64,000 nt of DNA, taken from positions 124,001-188,000 of the IMG/VR virus record IMGVR_UViG_3300037725_000018; one strand, written 5' to 3'. Position 1 is the stretch's first letter, and the number at the start of each line of letters is the position of its first letter. The notes beneath the pieces are model-generated. The model was not told the DNA's origin. It worked only from the letters and a program-made list of their open reading frames with translations, and did not search any database. Shown piece by piece: positions 47,409 through 56,900 of the stretch. The position numbers and the translations under genes are program-made.

Positions 47409-47524
47409 CGTCTCTTTTGTTTGTTTGTTGGAAAGGACTTCCCTCTCTGTTTCGTGTGCTTAAAATAGAAAAGCCCGTGGACAGTTCCACGGGCCGTGTG
47501 AAGCGTTTGTTAACAAGTGATTTT

Positions 47525-47785
47525 TTAAGAAAGGTCCCACGTGATCGATTCAACCGCATCAGCCTTATTTCGGACACTTTCCAAATCCGAATGCACTTGA
47601 ATCATCTTTTTGCGCTGGAAGGCAAGACCGGCCTTCCCATCAATTTGAATGTACGCCATTGCGACGTTTGCGGTTTTTTCCGGGTCGTAGTATTCGGGGT
47701 CCCCGTAAGAGTGTCTTCCTCGCTCTCGAAGCCGGGACTCGATCTCTTCTTGAATTTTCGAAAGCGCGTCTTCTACGATGCTCAT
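47525..47785 (-). CDS. Hypothetical protein
   Basis: ATG ORF. Confidence 0.7.
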   Translation of the reverse strand: MSIVEDALSKIQEEIESRLRERGRHSYGDPEYYDPEKTANVAMAYIQIDGKAGLAFQRKKMIQVHSDLESVRNKADAVESITWDLS

Positions 47786-47818
47786 GGGCTTTTGGTTTTG
47801 GTTTGTGAAAATTCGGCT

Positions 47819-48028
47819 TTAAGAGAAAGGATCTCGAAGATAGTCGTACCGGATATCGAAGTATGCCATTTTCTTCGTGTCAGTTACCCCGACGATGTTT
47901 CCGGTATCTTCGTCCTTTACGTGCCACTCGCTTAGGCTTTTTCGGACTTCAAAAGACCGACCGTCTTCTCGTTTTGCGCGGTAGCGGCCCCGCTCGATCT
48001 TGCTTGTTTCAATTTCAAACGTGTCCAT
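47819..48028 (-). CDS. Hypothetical protein
   Basis: Class A promoter at 48105. Confidence 0.7.
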   Translation of the reverse strand: MDTFEIETSKIERGRYRAKREDGRSFEVRKSLSEWHVKDEDTGNIVGVTDTKKMAYFDIRYDYLRDPFS

Positions 48029-48152
48029 TTTTCAAGCCTTGTTTTATCGTTTGAAAACGACCTCCCCTTTCTTGCGTGTATATAAACTGGTGGCCCACTG
48101 GACGGTTCCAGTGGGCCACATGAAGATTCGGTAAAATAAAGCCCGTAGCCTG

Positions 48153-48359
48153 TCACATCTTTCGGGAAGGGTTTCGGCTCTTTTCAAGGGTGTGCCGGGT
48201 AAACCCGTTTAGCCACCACTTTCGAAACGTTGAGCCTATCGCATACGGGCAATCGCTTACCCACCCGCCTTCCTTTTTCGCAGCATATCCTTCCTTGCGA
48301 ATTTCTTCTTTTAGGTCCGAATGAGGGAGAGGCTCCATGTTTCCAACAAGGTCTTTCAT
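48153..48359 (-). CDS. Ribosome modulation factor (Rmf)-like protein
   Basis: EGYAAKKEGGWVSDCPY...RKWWLNGF matches the Rmf G-Y-x-A...CPY...W-L-x-G pattern. Confidence 0.65.
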   Translation of the reverse strand: MKDLVGNMEPLPHSDLKEEIRKEGYAAKKEGGWVSDCPYAIGSTFRKWWLNGFTRHTLEKSRNPSRKM

Positions 48360-48400
48360 CGTCTTTTTGGGTTGGTTGGTAAAGGTCTTGTGGATTTGAT

Positions 48401-48634
48401 TTAGCTGAAGTTTCGGGCAAGAACCATCATGGCAGCTTTCATAAGCTGCTTTTCGGTCACGTCCGCTTTAGTATGCACAGACAGGTACTTGTACGACGAG
48501 CCGGGGCGAACCCCAAGGGTCACGTCAAAATCCATGTAGTGACCGGAGGACTCCAAGAGGTCTTTAACTTTTTCCCCCTGACCCGGAAGAATGTACCCAA
48601 GGTTTGCAGTCGTGCGGCTACCAGAAGTTTCCAT
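48401..48634 (-). CDS. Hypothetical protein
   Basis: ATG ORF. Confidence 0.7.
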   Translation of the reverse strand: METSGSRTTANLGYILPGQGEKVKDLLESSGHYMDFDVTLGVRPGSSYKYLSVHTKADVTEKQLMKAAMMVLARNFS

Positions 48635-48734
48635 TGCGTTGGGAAGCTTTTAAGTTCAACAGGCGGCTTTGAAAAAAACGCCGGAAGGCGGGTTTCACCC
48701 CCCGGCGCGTTTGGCTACTTTTGATTTTGGATTA

Positions 48735-48959
48735 TTAGAAGAACTGTTCGTCAAGCCACTCCTCAACGATGTGGAATTCTTCGTCGGTGATCTTCTCACC
48801 GTCCTTTTCCCCATCGGAGGGGTAGTGCTCGATCCAAACGGCCCGTTCGACCTCGACGGACGTTTCCGCAGGGGAACGCCGCGTTGCCTTCATGTGGCTA
48901 ACGCTCATGTCAACTTCGATCACGCCGTCTTCGTGATGAACCGATTCGGTAACTGTCAT
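48735..48959 (-). CDS. Small acidic protein
   Basis: Class A promoter at 49047. Confidence 0.7.
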   Translation of the reverse strand: MTVTESVHHEDGVIEVDMSVSHMKATRRSPAETSVEVERAVWIEHYPSDGEKDGEKITDEEFHIVEEWLDEQFF

Positions 48960-49093
48960 GGCTGTAAGCTGCTTTTGTTTGAAAGATCAAACCCGAAGGG
49001 GCTTTCCCCCTTCTTGCGCTACTTTACACACGCGAAAAACGGATTGGTTCCCGGCCAAAGTGTGAAGCCTTTGTGAAGCCAAGCCCCGGCCCG

Positions 49094-49375
49094 TTAAAGA
49101 AGCTCACCGAGCCGGATCGGTTCCGGGGAAGAGCGGAGGGCTTCCCGCTCGCGCTTGCGGGACCGAAGCGCGGACATGCGCTTTTTGATGTTGCGCCTCT
49201 GCTCTTTGGCTTGCCGCTCTTTTTCGCGGCGAATGGCTTCTTTATACTCCGCTTTGGAGTCGTAAGAAGTCCAGTAGCGGCCCAAAGGCCCGTCCCACTC
49301 GATCCGCAGGCCATCAAAGTCGCTAAAGCGGGTGGAAGCGCGAACGGCTTTTTGGGTAGGCTCGCAAATATTCAT
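49094..49375 (-). CDS. Small basic protein
   Basis: Class A promoter at 49437. Confidence 0.65.
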   Translation of the reverse strand: MNICEPTQKAVRASTRFSDFDGLRIEWDGPLGRYWTSYDSKAEYKEAIRREKERQAKEQRRNIKKRMSALRSRKREREALRSSPEPIRLGELL

Positions 49376-49647
49376 TGTCTTTGGGGGATTGGTTCCCTCT
49401 CTTTCGCAATACCTTACACGCGGGGAAAGCGGGTCTGTTCCGGTTTAGGATGTGAAGAAGCTGTAAGCTCCTTCGGGCCTTTTGTTTTGCTTTTAAGCGT
49501 GTTTTGAACCTGCCTTTCCCCTACCCATTTCCACGGAGAGAAAAGTCCTTGTGGGCTTTCACAAAAACCTCAAAAGCCGCTGCGTAAAGGCGTGCCCCGC
49601 CGAAAATGGGCAGGGCACGCAGGCGCTACTTGCTTTTTTGGTTTCTT

Positions 49648-49860
49648 TTAAGCTTCCGGCGTGTAGGAAACAAACGCCGGGTCGCTTTCGCTTTCGAGCT
49701 TTTCGTCAATCCCGGAAAGCTCTTCCCGTTCGATCTTGTTGCGAACGTCGTAGTGAACCACGTCCCAACCACCACGGGCGTCAAGAAAGTAAATCACCTT
49801 CTCCCCCGGCTCGATGTGGTTTTCGGCGTAGTCACGCGCTTGGGCAAGAGTCATAACCAT
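49648..49860 (-). CDS. Small acidic protein
   Basis: Class A promoter at 49939. Confidence 0.7.
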   Translation of the reverse strand: MVMTLAQARDYAENHIEPGEKVIYFLDARGGWDVVHYDVRNKIEREELSGIDEKLESESDPAFVSYTPEA

Positions 49861-49990
49861 AGCAGCTTTAACTTTTTTGTTTGCTTGAAGGGGCCTTTCC
49901 CCGTCTTGCGTGTGTGTAAACCCACCGAAACCGGGGTTGTTTCGGTTTTGAATGTGAAGCGTCTGTGAAGGAAGGTTTCTTGGCAGACAT

Positions 49991-50028
49991 AAAAAAGCGG
50001 GTCACGGAAAGCCCGTGACCCGCTTTTT
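49991..50028. terminator. Bidirectional intrinsic terminator
   Basis: AAAAAAGCGGGTCACGG-AAAGC-CCGTGACCCGCTTTTT. Confidence 0.85.
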
Positions 50029-50047
50029 GGTTCTGTGTGGCTGACTT

Positions 50048-50350
50048 TTAGCTAAGAGAATCAAGGTAGCCGGAAAGAGCGCCAACCGAAAGCCGCTTGG
50101 ACTCTCCGGTTTTCATGTCGCTAACCTTCACGCGACCGTCTTCTTTAACGGAAAGCACGTAGCGGTCAAACTCTGCAATCGACCACCCGTGACGCTCTTC
50201 CCGAACGGTCGGGCCGAAAGAGATTCCCGTGACTTTAAGCTCGTCACGGCCAATCTTCTCCCCGGTGCTAATGTCCGGGTTGGTGTATCCGGCGCTGAAA
50301 AGCTTCTGGTTGGCTTTCCGGTAGATTTCGTTTTTGGCCTTGTCAGTCAT
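50048..50350 (-). CDS. Hypothetical protein (MTDKAK)
   Basis: Class A promoter at 50419. Confidence 0.7.
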   Translation of the reverse strand: MTDKAKNEIYRKANQKLFSAGYTNPDISTGEKIGRDELKVTGISFGPTVREERHGWSIAEFDRYVLSVKEDGRVKVSDMKTGESKRLSVGALSGYLDSLS

Positions 50351-50442
50351 GGGCTTTCTCTTTTGATGAGGGGTTTCCCTTCCTAAGTGCAATATGTAAA
50401 TGCGCTTTTATAGGAGCAGTTCCAAGCTCTCTTGTGAAGACT

Positions 50443-50754
50443 TTATGAAGACAGAGAGCTTTCAAGGTCTTCAATCACCATTTCAACGCGGCTTAAAACC
50501 GGGCTTTCCTTCTCTTCGGATACAGACGTTCGGTACATTTGTCCGGTCATTTCCATAAGCCTCTCGTACGCAAATCTAGACGGGCTTCCGTATGGAAACG
50601 TTTCCACGTCTTTCATGTCTTCTGCGTGAGCCGCCAAAACCTTGTACGTGGCCTTTAAGTCCGAATAGGTGCCACGGGTTATGATCGCCTCTTTTATCTT
50701 TCGAAAATGGCTTAGAAGGCGTTGTGCAACCTCTCGCTTGCGTTTGTCTTTCAT
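50443..50754 (-). CDS. Hypothetical protein (MKDKRK)
   Basis: Class A promoter at 50823. Confidence 0.7.
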   Translation of the reverse strand: MKDKRKREVAQRLLSHFRKIKEAIITRGTYSDLKATYKVLAAHAEDMKDVETFPYGSPSRFAYERLMEMTGQMYRTSVSEEKESPVLSRVEMVIEDLESSLSS

Positions 50755-50904
50755 GTCGGCTTGGTTTTGTTTTTCTAAAAGTAGAGTGAATGCGCGTACG
50801 TATACAAAAAGAAAAGGTCGGTGTTCCCGCCTTTTTTGGAACACACAAGGCCACCTGTTAGTTTGGGCCTCTTGTAGAAAGCCAACAAACAAAAAGCGAA
50901 ACCG

Positions 50905-51105
50905 ATGATACAAGTTGTTGTGGATACAAGTGAAGAATCCGCTTGGATGCAGACGTTTTCAAAAGAGTTTCCAACTGAAGAAGTGGACTATTTTCATTCT
51001 GGTAAGGCAATGGAAGAGCTTGGGCTAGCCCCAATAGAAACCGGATATCGAATCTACATTTCAAATAAGCTTGAACACAGGTTTAAAGCGACAAAAAAGA
51101 CATGA
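50905..51105 (+). CDS. Micro-protein (MIQVVVD)
   Basis: Family N-motif; array 3. Confidence 0.6.
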   Translation: MIQVVVDTSEESAWMQTFSKEFPTEEVDYFHSGKAMEELGLAPIETGYRIYISNKLEHRFKATKKT

Positions 51106-51257
51106 CGATATTGATTGAAAAACCCAATGAGGCAAACCGTTTTTTAAACTTTAAGATACGGTCGGGTGAACGCATGATTGCAAAACCTAGTTCCCTCAAA
51201 AACAAAATTATTGCATTGCGCCAAATCAAAGAATCTGTAAGGGCCGAAAAGAAATGA
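51102..51257 (+). CDS. Micro-protein (MTILIEK), 51 aa
   Basis: Manual translation; ATGA overlaps on both sides. Confidence 0.6.
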   Translation: MTILIEKPNEANRFLNFKIRSGERMIAKPSSLKNKIIALRQIKESVRAEKK

Positions 51258-51478
51258 TCATCATTGAAAGACAAAGTCAAAAACGGTGGGAAGTTACGGT
51301 TCGCTCTGCAAAAAGGGAAGTTTTTACCAAAGAAACACATTCGGAAATGGGGGGTAGAATCGAAAAAAAGTATTCCGTCAAACATCAAGACTCCAATGTA
51401 AAAAGAGTCTTGCGCCACATGCTAAATAATTACGACCACGAATACTCTTTAGTTACCGCTAGCAGCTTCTTGAATTAG
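51254..51478 (+). CDS. Micro-protein (MIIIERQ)
   Basis: Family N-motif. Confidence 0.6.
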   Translation: MIIIERQSQKRWEVTVRSAKREVFTKETHSEMGGRIEKKYSVKHQDSNVKRVLRHMLNNYDHEYSLVTASSFLN

Positions 51479-52036
51479 TTCCTTGACAAATTCAACCCGA
51501 ACGCTGTCAACGCCTGTTGGAACGCCAGCTTGAGACTTGTCAACTGCAGGAACCTCTTCGGTTCCCAAAGCTGCCGGGACGTAAGCTTGAAGAATAAAGG
51601 CGATTTGCTCGTGTGGACGCCTCATGTACCGGGAATTAAAATTAATATTGTCAACGGGAACGCCAAACATCTTGAACATAATCGGGGTTCTGTTTGCGAT
51701 TTCAACAGAATCGGCTAAAAGTTTTGTGTCCATTTCCCCCGTGTTGTGGTGAAGAAGGTGAATGATCTCGTGGTTTAAAGTTTGGCTGTCCCGCCACTTT
51801 GCAAGAACGATTTCCCCCTCTTTGCGATACATACCCGCAATTGTGTTCTTTTCGTTGATTTTGTCCAAAACTTCAACGGGAATGTCTTGCCCGATTTGGT
51901 TTTCCAAGGCCGAAAGAACCTCTTTTTCACCACGAGTGAGCCCGTGCCCGTTTTTTTTCTTATCTACGAACGTGAAGAGAAAGAAAAGGGTCAAAAACGA
52001 AATCAAAAAAGTGCGTGAAATTTTCATTGGCTTCAT
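51449..52036 (-). CDS. Membrane-anchored zincin-like metallopeptidase
   Basis: N-terminal TM, IAGMY, HEIIH, downstream PHEQIA. Confidence 0.7.
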   Translation of the reverse strand: MKPMKISRTFLISFLTLFFLFTFVDKKKNGHGLTRGEKEVLSALENQIGQDIPVEVLDKINEKNTIAGMYRKEGEIVLAKWRDSQTLNHEIIHLLHHNTGEMDTKLLADSVEIANRTPIMFKMFGVPVDNINFNSRYMRRPHEQIAFILQAYVPAALGTEEVPAVDKSQAGVPTGVDSVRVEFVKELIQEAASGN

Positions 52037-52121
52037 TTTTGCTGTTTGTGGAAAGAAACTTTCTTTTGTCGTCTTTGTTACGTGAATAGACAAACGACGA
52101 AAAGGTTTCTTTTTTGCTTAT

Positions 52122-52298
52122 ATGATTTTTATTATCACCGAAGACCGAAACGAGTTTTTCGAAGCTTGTGGCATGTACCAACACAGGCACGCGCCAAGTG
52201 CTCTTGCCCAAGTGCTTCCGGACCACGTTGAAATCGCTTCCCTGCCATACAGAAACAAGTTTGCAATCAAAAAACACCTTTCAAAAACCCCAAAGTAA
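52122..52298 (+). CDS. Micro-protein (MIFIITE), 58 aa
   Basis: Manual translation. Confidence 0.6.
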   Translation: MIFIITEDRNEFFEACGMYQHRHAPSALAQVLPDHVEIASLPYRNKFAIKKHLSKTPK

Positions 52299-52300
52299 AC

Positions 52301-52585
52301 ATGTACGTAATAATTAGCGCCGAAGAAAAACGTAAGCTTTCAAAACAAAACTTCCTATCCGGCCTAGAGTGGAGGCTGGACGTGCCTTCCTCAATTCGCG
52401 TAGTAAGAAATTTAAAGATAAACAGACAAAGAATCAAAGAAACCAAATCTGACATAGCAAGGCATTACCTCCGAAAAATGAAAACAGATAGAACTTGGAT
52501 CACCGGAAGTTTAAAGGACAAAGAGGCGCTAGAGATCATTCAAGGCAAAAAGTTAAAAGACTGTCATGATCATTATTTTGTATAG
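52301..52585 (+). CDS. Micro-protein (MYVIISAEE)
   Basis: Family N-motif. Confidence 0.6.
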   Translation: MYVIISAEEKRKLSKQNFLSGLEWRLDVPSSIRVVRNLKINRQRIKETKSDIARHYLRKMKTDRTWITGSLKDKEALEIIQGKKLKDCHDHYFV

Positions 52586-52724
52586 AACAAATAAAGAGTG
52601 GGACGGAGTTCACGACGCTTTTAACACAGAAGCCTCTGACCCTTCCGAAGACTTGTTTATCATTCCGGATGAAAAAAGCCACTACTTTACCGCGAAACTA
52701 ATTTTTGGCACAAAAAACGCTTGA
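52566..52724 (+). CDS. Micro-protein (MIIILYR), 52 aa
   Basis: Manual translation. Confidence 0.55.
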   Translation: MIIILYRTNKEWDGVHDAFNTEASDPSEDLFIIPDEKSHYFTAKLIFGTKNA

Positions 52725-52743
52725 AGACAGCTTTGGCCGTTAG

Positions 52744-53226
52744 TTAATAGTCGTACATCCCCTTTCGAAGCGGAACTTCTCCGAAGTGAAGAAACGCGCA
52801 ATTTGGGCACACGATTTTTAAGTTTTCCCAACGGTGGTCTCTTTTGTCCCCGTTTTCGTGCATCAAAACAAGCGGGACTTTCTTATCTGTTACTCTCCGC
52901 TCGTCAAATCCACAGATTTCACATTCTTCTTTTTTATACCCGGAGCGAAGAAGCCTCTTTTTTAGTTTTACAGAATCGTATCCGGGCTTTTTCCCGTCAA
53001 TAATGTCGTCAAGCGCGTCTTTTCCTTCATGAAGATTATGTGGGTTTGGAATCCCTTTCCCCGCTTGGTTTTTCTGCTCCTCGAAAAGCCCGTACATCTT
53101 GGCGTACTTTTTGTAGGTGTTATACGAACAGCCTAAGTATTCAGCCGCCTGCCTGCAAGACTTTGTTAGGTCATTTGCATTTTCAATCTCCGCTTTCGAG
53201 AAGTTGTATGAACTTGTATCGGGCAT
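52744..53226 (-). CDS. HTH plus HNH-endonuclease-like protein
   Basis: SCRQAAEYLGCSYNTYKKYA; CEICG...HENGD...ENLKIVCPNC. Confidence 0.8.
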   Translation of the reverse strand: MPDTSSYNFSKAEIENANDLTKSCRQAAEYLGCSYNTYKKYAKMYGLFEEQKNQAGKGIPNPHNLHEGKDALDDIIDGKKPGYDSVKLKKRLLRSGYKKEECEICGFDERRVTDKKVPLVLMHENGDKRDHRWENLKIVCPNCAFLHFGEVPLRKGMYDY

Positions 53227-53266
53227 AACAGTTTAAAAAAGGATTACTACTGTTAATTGATAATGA

Positions 53267-53557
53267 TTAATAAAAAGCGTCTAAGCCGCCTAGAACGTTT
53301 AGGTCAACAACGTTTTCGATTGCCCCTGTAATGTTGTCCCAATTGAGCATAGCACCCGGATACGCCAAAATATAGACGTTTTCAGGCACTCGAATCGATT
53401 GGTTTGTGTAGTCTTCGGGGCGAATTTTAATCAAAACCCGCTCGTCTGCCGTGGAGTTTTGGGCCGCGTCAAATACTGCTTTTGAAAGCTCTGATGGGCT
53501 GTAATATTCGCGGTGCGCGTCGTTGTTTTTTGAAACTGTAATTAAACTTGTGTTCAT
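53267..53557 (-). CDS. Hypothetical protein (likely virion-associated)
   Basis: Follows tail fibre genes on same strand. Confidence 0.65.
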   Translation of the reverse strand: MNTSLITVSKNNDAHREYYSPSELSKAVFDAAQNSTADERVLIKIRPEDYTNQSIRVPENVYILAYPGAMLNWDNITGAIENVVDLNVLGGLDAFY

Positions 53558-53580
53558 TTTCTTGTAAGGCGTTTTCTTCG

Positions 53581-53961
53581 TTACAAGTCTTCAAATTGAT
53601 TTTCTGCGTCTGCGAAGAACGAAAGGTTGCCTCGGGCGTCTGTCCACCACACCGGGTTGGGCTCCACGCTGTCCGGAGCGCCTTTCTCCGTGCCTTTTAC
53701 GTAATTGTATGCGACCACGTAAATGTTTTCGCCACCTACAATAGCACGCTGATAAATGATTTCGAGATCGGGCTCGGAAACCGTGTAGCTTTTGCGAGCA
53801 GCGATTCCTCGCCTTGGGTATTGAAGCCTTCGTGCTTGGTTTTCGTACCCGGCGAGTTGGATTTGCCCGGTCTTGTTGATCTTGTCAATGGTTACTGAAC
53901 TGATAATCCAATATGATGCCGTGACGCCTCTCGGCGTTTCCATGTCTTTAATTAGTGCCAT
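53581..53961 (-). CDS. Putative tail fibre accessory/chaperone
   Basis: MALIK...GVTASYWII...AYNYVK...FADA; directly after fibre gene. Confidence 0.65.
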   Translation of the reverse strand: MALIKDMETPRGVTASYWIISSVTIDKINKTGQIQLAGYENQARRLQYPRRGIAARKSYTVSEPDLEIIYQRAIVGGENIYVVAYNYVKGTEKGAPDSVEPNPVWWTDARGNLSFFADAENQFEDL

Positions 53962-53982
53962 AAGAATGTTGAGTGGTTTAGG

Positions 53983-56900
53983 TTAATAGATTTCCCAATC
54001 GTCGTTCGTTGAGTTGTAAACAAGCGTAACGGAGTTGTTGTCTGTCGGAATAGTTGCGTTTGTGGAATCGTCAATGGTCGAAGATCCGGCAGTTTCAATC
54101 GTTACTGTTCCAGAGCCGTTGTTTTTAACGTTGATTTCTTTTCCGTCAATGTTTTCAGAAGATTGAATTGTTAAGGTAACGTTCCCGCTGGACGTGTCCA
54201 CAGAGTAGTATCCGCTTCCGTCTGTGTTTTGTGTTGAAGAAACGTCTAAGCGGTCGTTGATGAGCGTTCCACCTATAAATTGAAGGTCGGTGTTTGTTAC
54301 GACCCGATCTCCACCAAGACCAACGTAGTTTGAAGTTGAAATGGTGATGTTTCCGATTGCAACTGCATTGTCTGCGCCAACTGTGGACCCGGAACCGACC
54401 GCAAAACTACCATTTACAGTAATAGCGCCGTTATCTAAACTTCCATTAGCTAAAAGAACGGTATTTTCAACATCTTGTGAAAGACCGTTTCCTGACCAAT
54501 AAGCTGTGATTGCGCCCTGCCCAACTCTAAATATGTTTCCCGGAAGAATAGGACCGGAAAAGTCAAAATCACTTAAATCAGAAACCCCAAGAAGGAATAG
54601 ATTTTGAAGAATATTTCCGGAAGGAAATGCGTTTGTGTTGTTTCCGGATTTCCAAAGAAAGAGATCATTTGCGCTATCGGTGTTTAAGTTAAGATCGCTT
54701 CCTAAAAGAACTGACGTTGTGAGAATTTGATCTCCGGAAAATACGCTGTCTCCAATCAAAATTCCGTTTGCGTTTGAACTGGACGTTCTTCCAGATACGT
54801 CGTTTGTAGTTCCGAAGAATATCGATCCGGCTGGAGAAAATGAAAGCGCGTCTTGTGAAGCGGAAGGATTAACAGTTGCCACATAATTGGAGGTATAAAC
54901 TGTAGCTTCGGTTTCGTCACTTCCACGCCGAACTACAAATGAATCTCTGCGGGAGAATGATGTGCCCGATCCCACAACAAAGTCTTCTTCTTGATTATTC
55001 CATTCACCAACAGCCACTCCAGCTTCTTCAGTCATTTGAAGACCACGTCCAATTGTAATTGCTGAATTATTTTCTGCGGTATTTGCTGCATTTTCTTCAC
55101 CACCAAGAACAATAGAAGAAGGAAACTTTGAAGAACCTACTTCTCTAAATCCAATTGTAAATGCAAAGTTTTCATCATATGATGCTCCAAATCCCTCCGC
55201 ACCAAAGTCTGTGGATTCAAGGGTTCGAAGTTCTCCCGTGGAAGTGTCTCGTATGACAAACTCACCACCAACATCTTCAGCATTTCTAACATGATGGGTA
55301 ACTACCCCGGTATCGGAAACGCTAAACGCTTTGTCAATTGAGTCTCCAACAGAAGTGTTGTATAGGTTAATGCTAAACACGTCAGATATGCTTCCACTCG
55401 ACTGTTTAACAACAACACCCTCTGTATCTCCAAGAACAACACGGTTCTCGGTATCCGCAACTGCGGTTCCACCAATTGCAATAGAGTTGGTTCGGGCTTC
55501 ACCTTTAATGGCAATAGCGTCAGAACCGCGAACATCACCTTTAATCGAAACGGAACGCCGCGCTTCATTCAAGTATGTCCCTGTGTCCGGATCTCTTTCG
55601 ATACTTCCGTCTGCAAAAACTGCCGAATTTTCTGCCAAGTTGTCAAAATCCGATGAAGAAAAGAACGCTCTAAACGCTCCACCAACTTTGAAAAGGTTTT
55701 CAATTGAAGATGAATAAAGAGAGGTTTCTCCAACCACCGATAAGTCGTCAACTCCAAATAAGATTGCTGACTCGATTCTTGTAGAAGGTGTAGATGAATT
55801 TCCGTTGCCACTTTCCCAAAGAAGCGATTGCACTATGTTGTCATTCGGTACAATATCGCTAGAAACAAGAATTGAGTCAAGTATATCAGACCCACTACCT
55901 ATTGTAGTTTTTAGGATAATGGAATCACCTACCGAATTCGTACCCATTCCGGTAAAGTCGGAAAAATCTCCTACAACAACAGACCCTTGAACATCTACGT
56001 CTTGTTCAACGGGGTCGGAGGCAGAACTTGGAGAAAATCCTGAACTCAAAAAGGCATTTGCATAAACTACGCTTCCATCCGAACCTTCTCGCACGTAAAA
56101 AAGATCGGATCTGTCACCATCCGATACCCCATTACCTACAGTAAATTCATAATCATTTGCGTTGTACTGCCCAAGAACAACTCTATTTGCATTTGATATA
56201 TCAATTCCTCTACCAATTGCATATGAAGAACCAGTAAATGCAGGTGGATTTACGTTAATATCTGCGCCAATTCCTATACTTAATGCCTCCGATACGCTAA
56301 CTCCAAAATTATTTGAAGAATCCCCACCACCTATGGCTATTGTGCTTTGGTCATTTGCGGACACGTTCCTACCGATTGCAATGCTATCTTGTCCGCTAGC
56401 CCCTGTTTTATCTGTAGAAGTTCCACCAAAAACAATGGAATTATTACCCGTTGTTCCGGTTCTATAGCCAAATGTGAATGAATTATTGTTTCCACCGTAC
56501 TTTGCTTCAAGATTATCCGAATCAGAAAGTGTAATCAACTCTCCGGTGGAAGAGTCTTGAAGGATGAAATTTGACTCAGTATCGGCTTCGGTGATACCAA
56601 GTCCAACGGAACCACCAACATCACCTTGAACGATTGTTCCGGTTTCATCTATCTCGAAAACTGTCTCGTACTGGCCCAAGCTGGCGTTATAAGCGTCAAC
56701 AGAAAGGCCGTGACGAACATGGGTTCCATCCCGATACGTTACGTACAGCCCATCCACTTCCCCGCGACCATCATAATATATGTTATCTCCGGGGCTTGCG
56801 GCAGGCGCTCCGTCCCCAACCCCAACTGCAAATATCCGGCTAGAATCTGTTAGGTTGGCGATTTGATTAATTTTGCTTGCCAGATAGTCTTCGTTGTATG

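Noticed and set aside
32000-53000. CRISPR array or integron attC array explaining the repeated elements
   Set aside because: No regularly spaced identical repeats; there is no hairpin between most individual micro-genes; no cas or integrase gene in the window.
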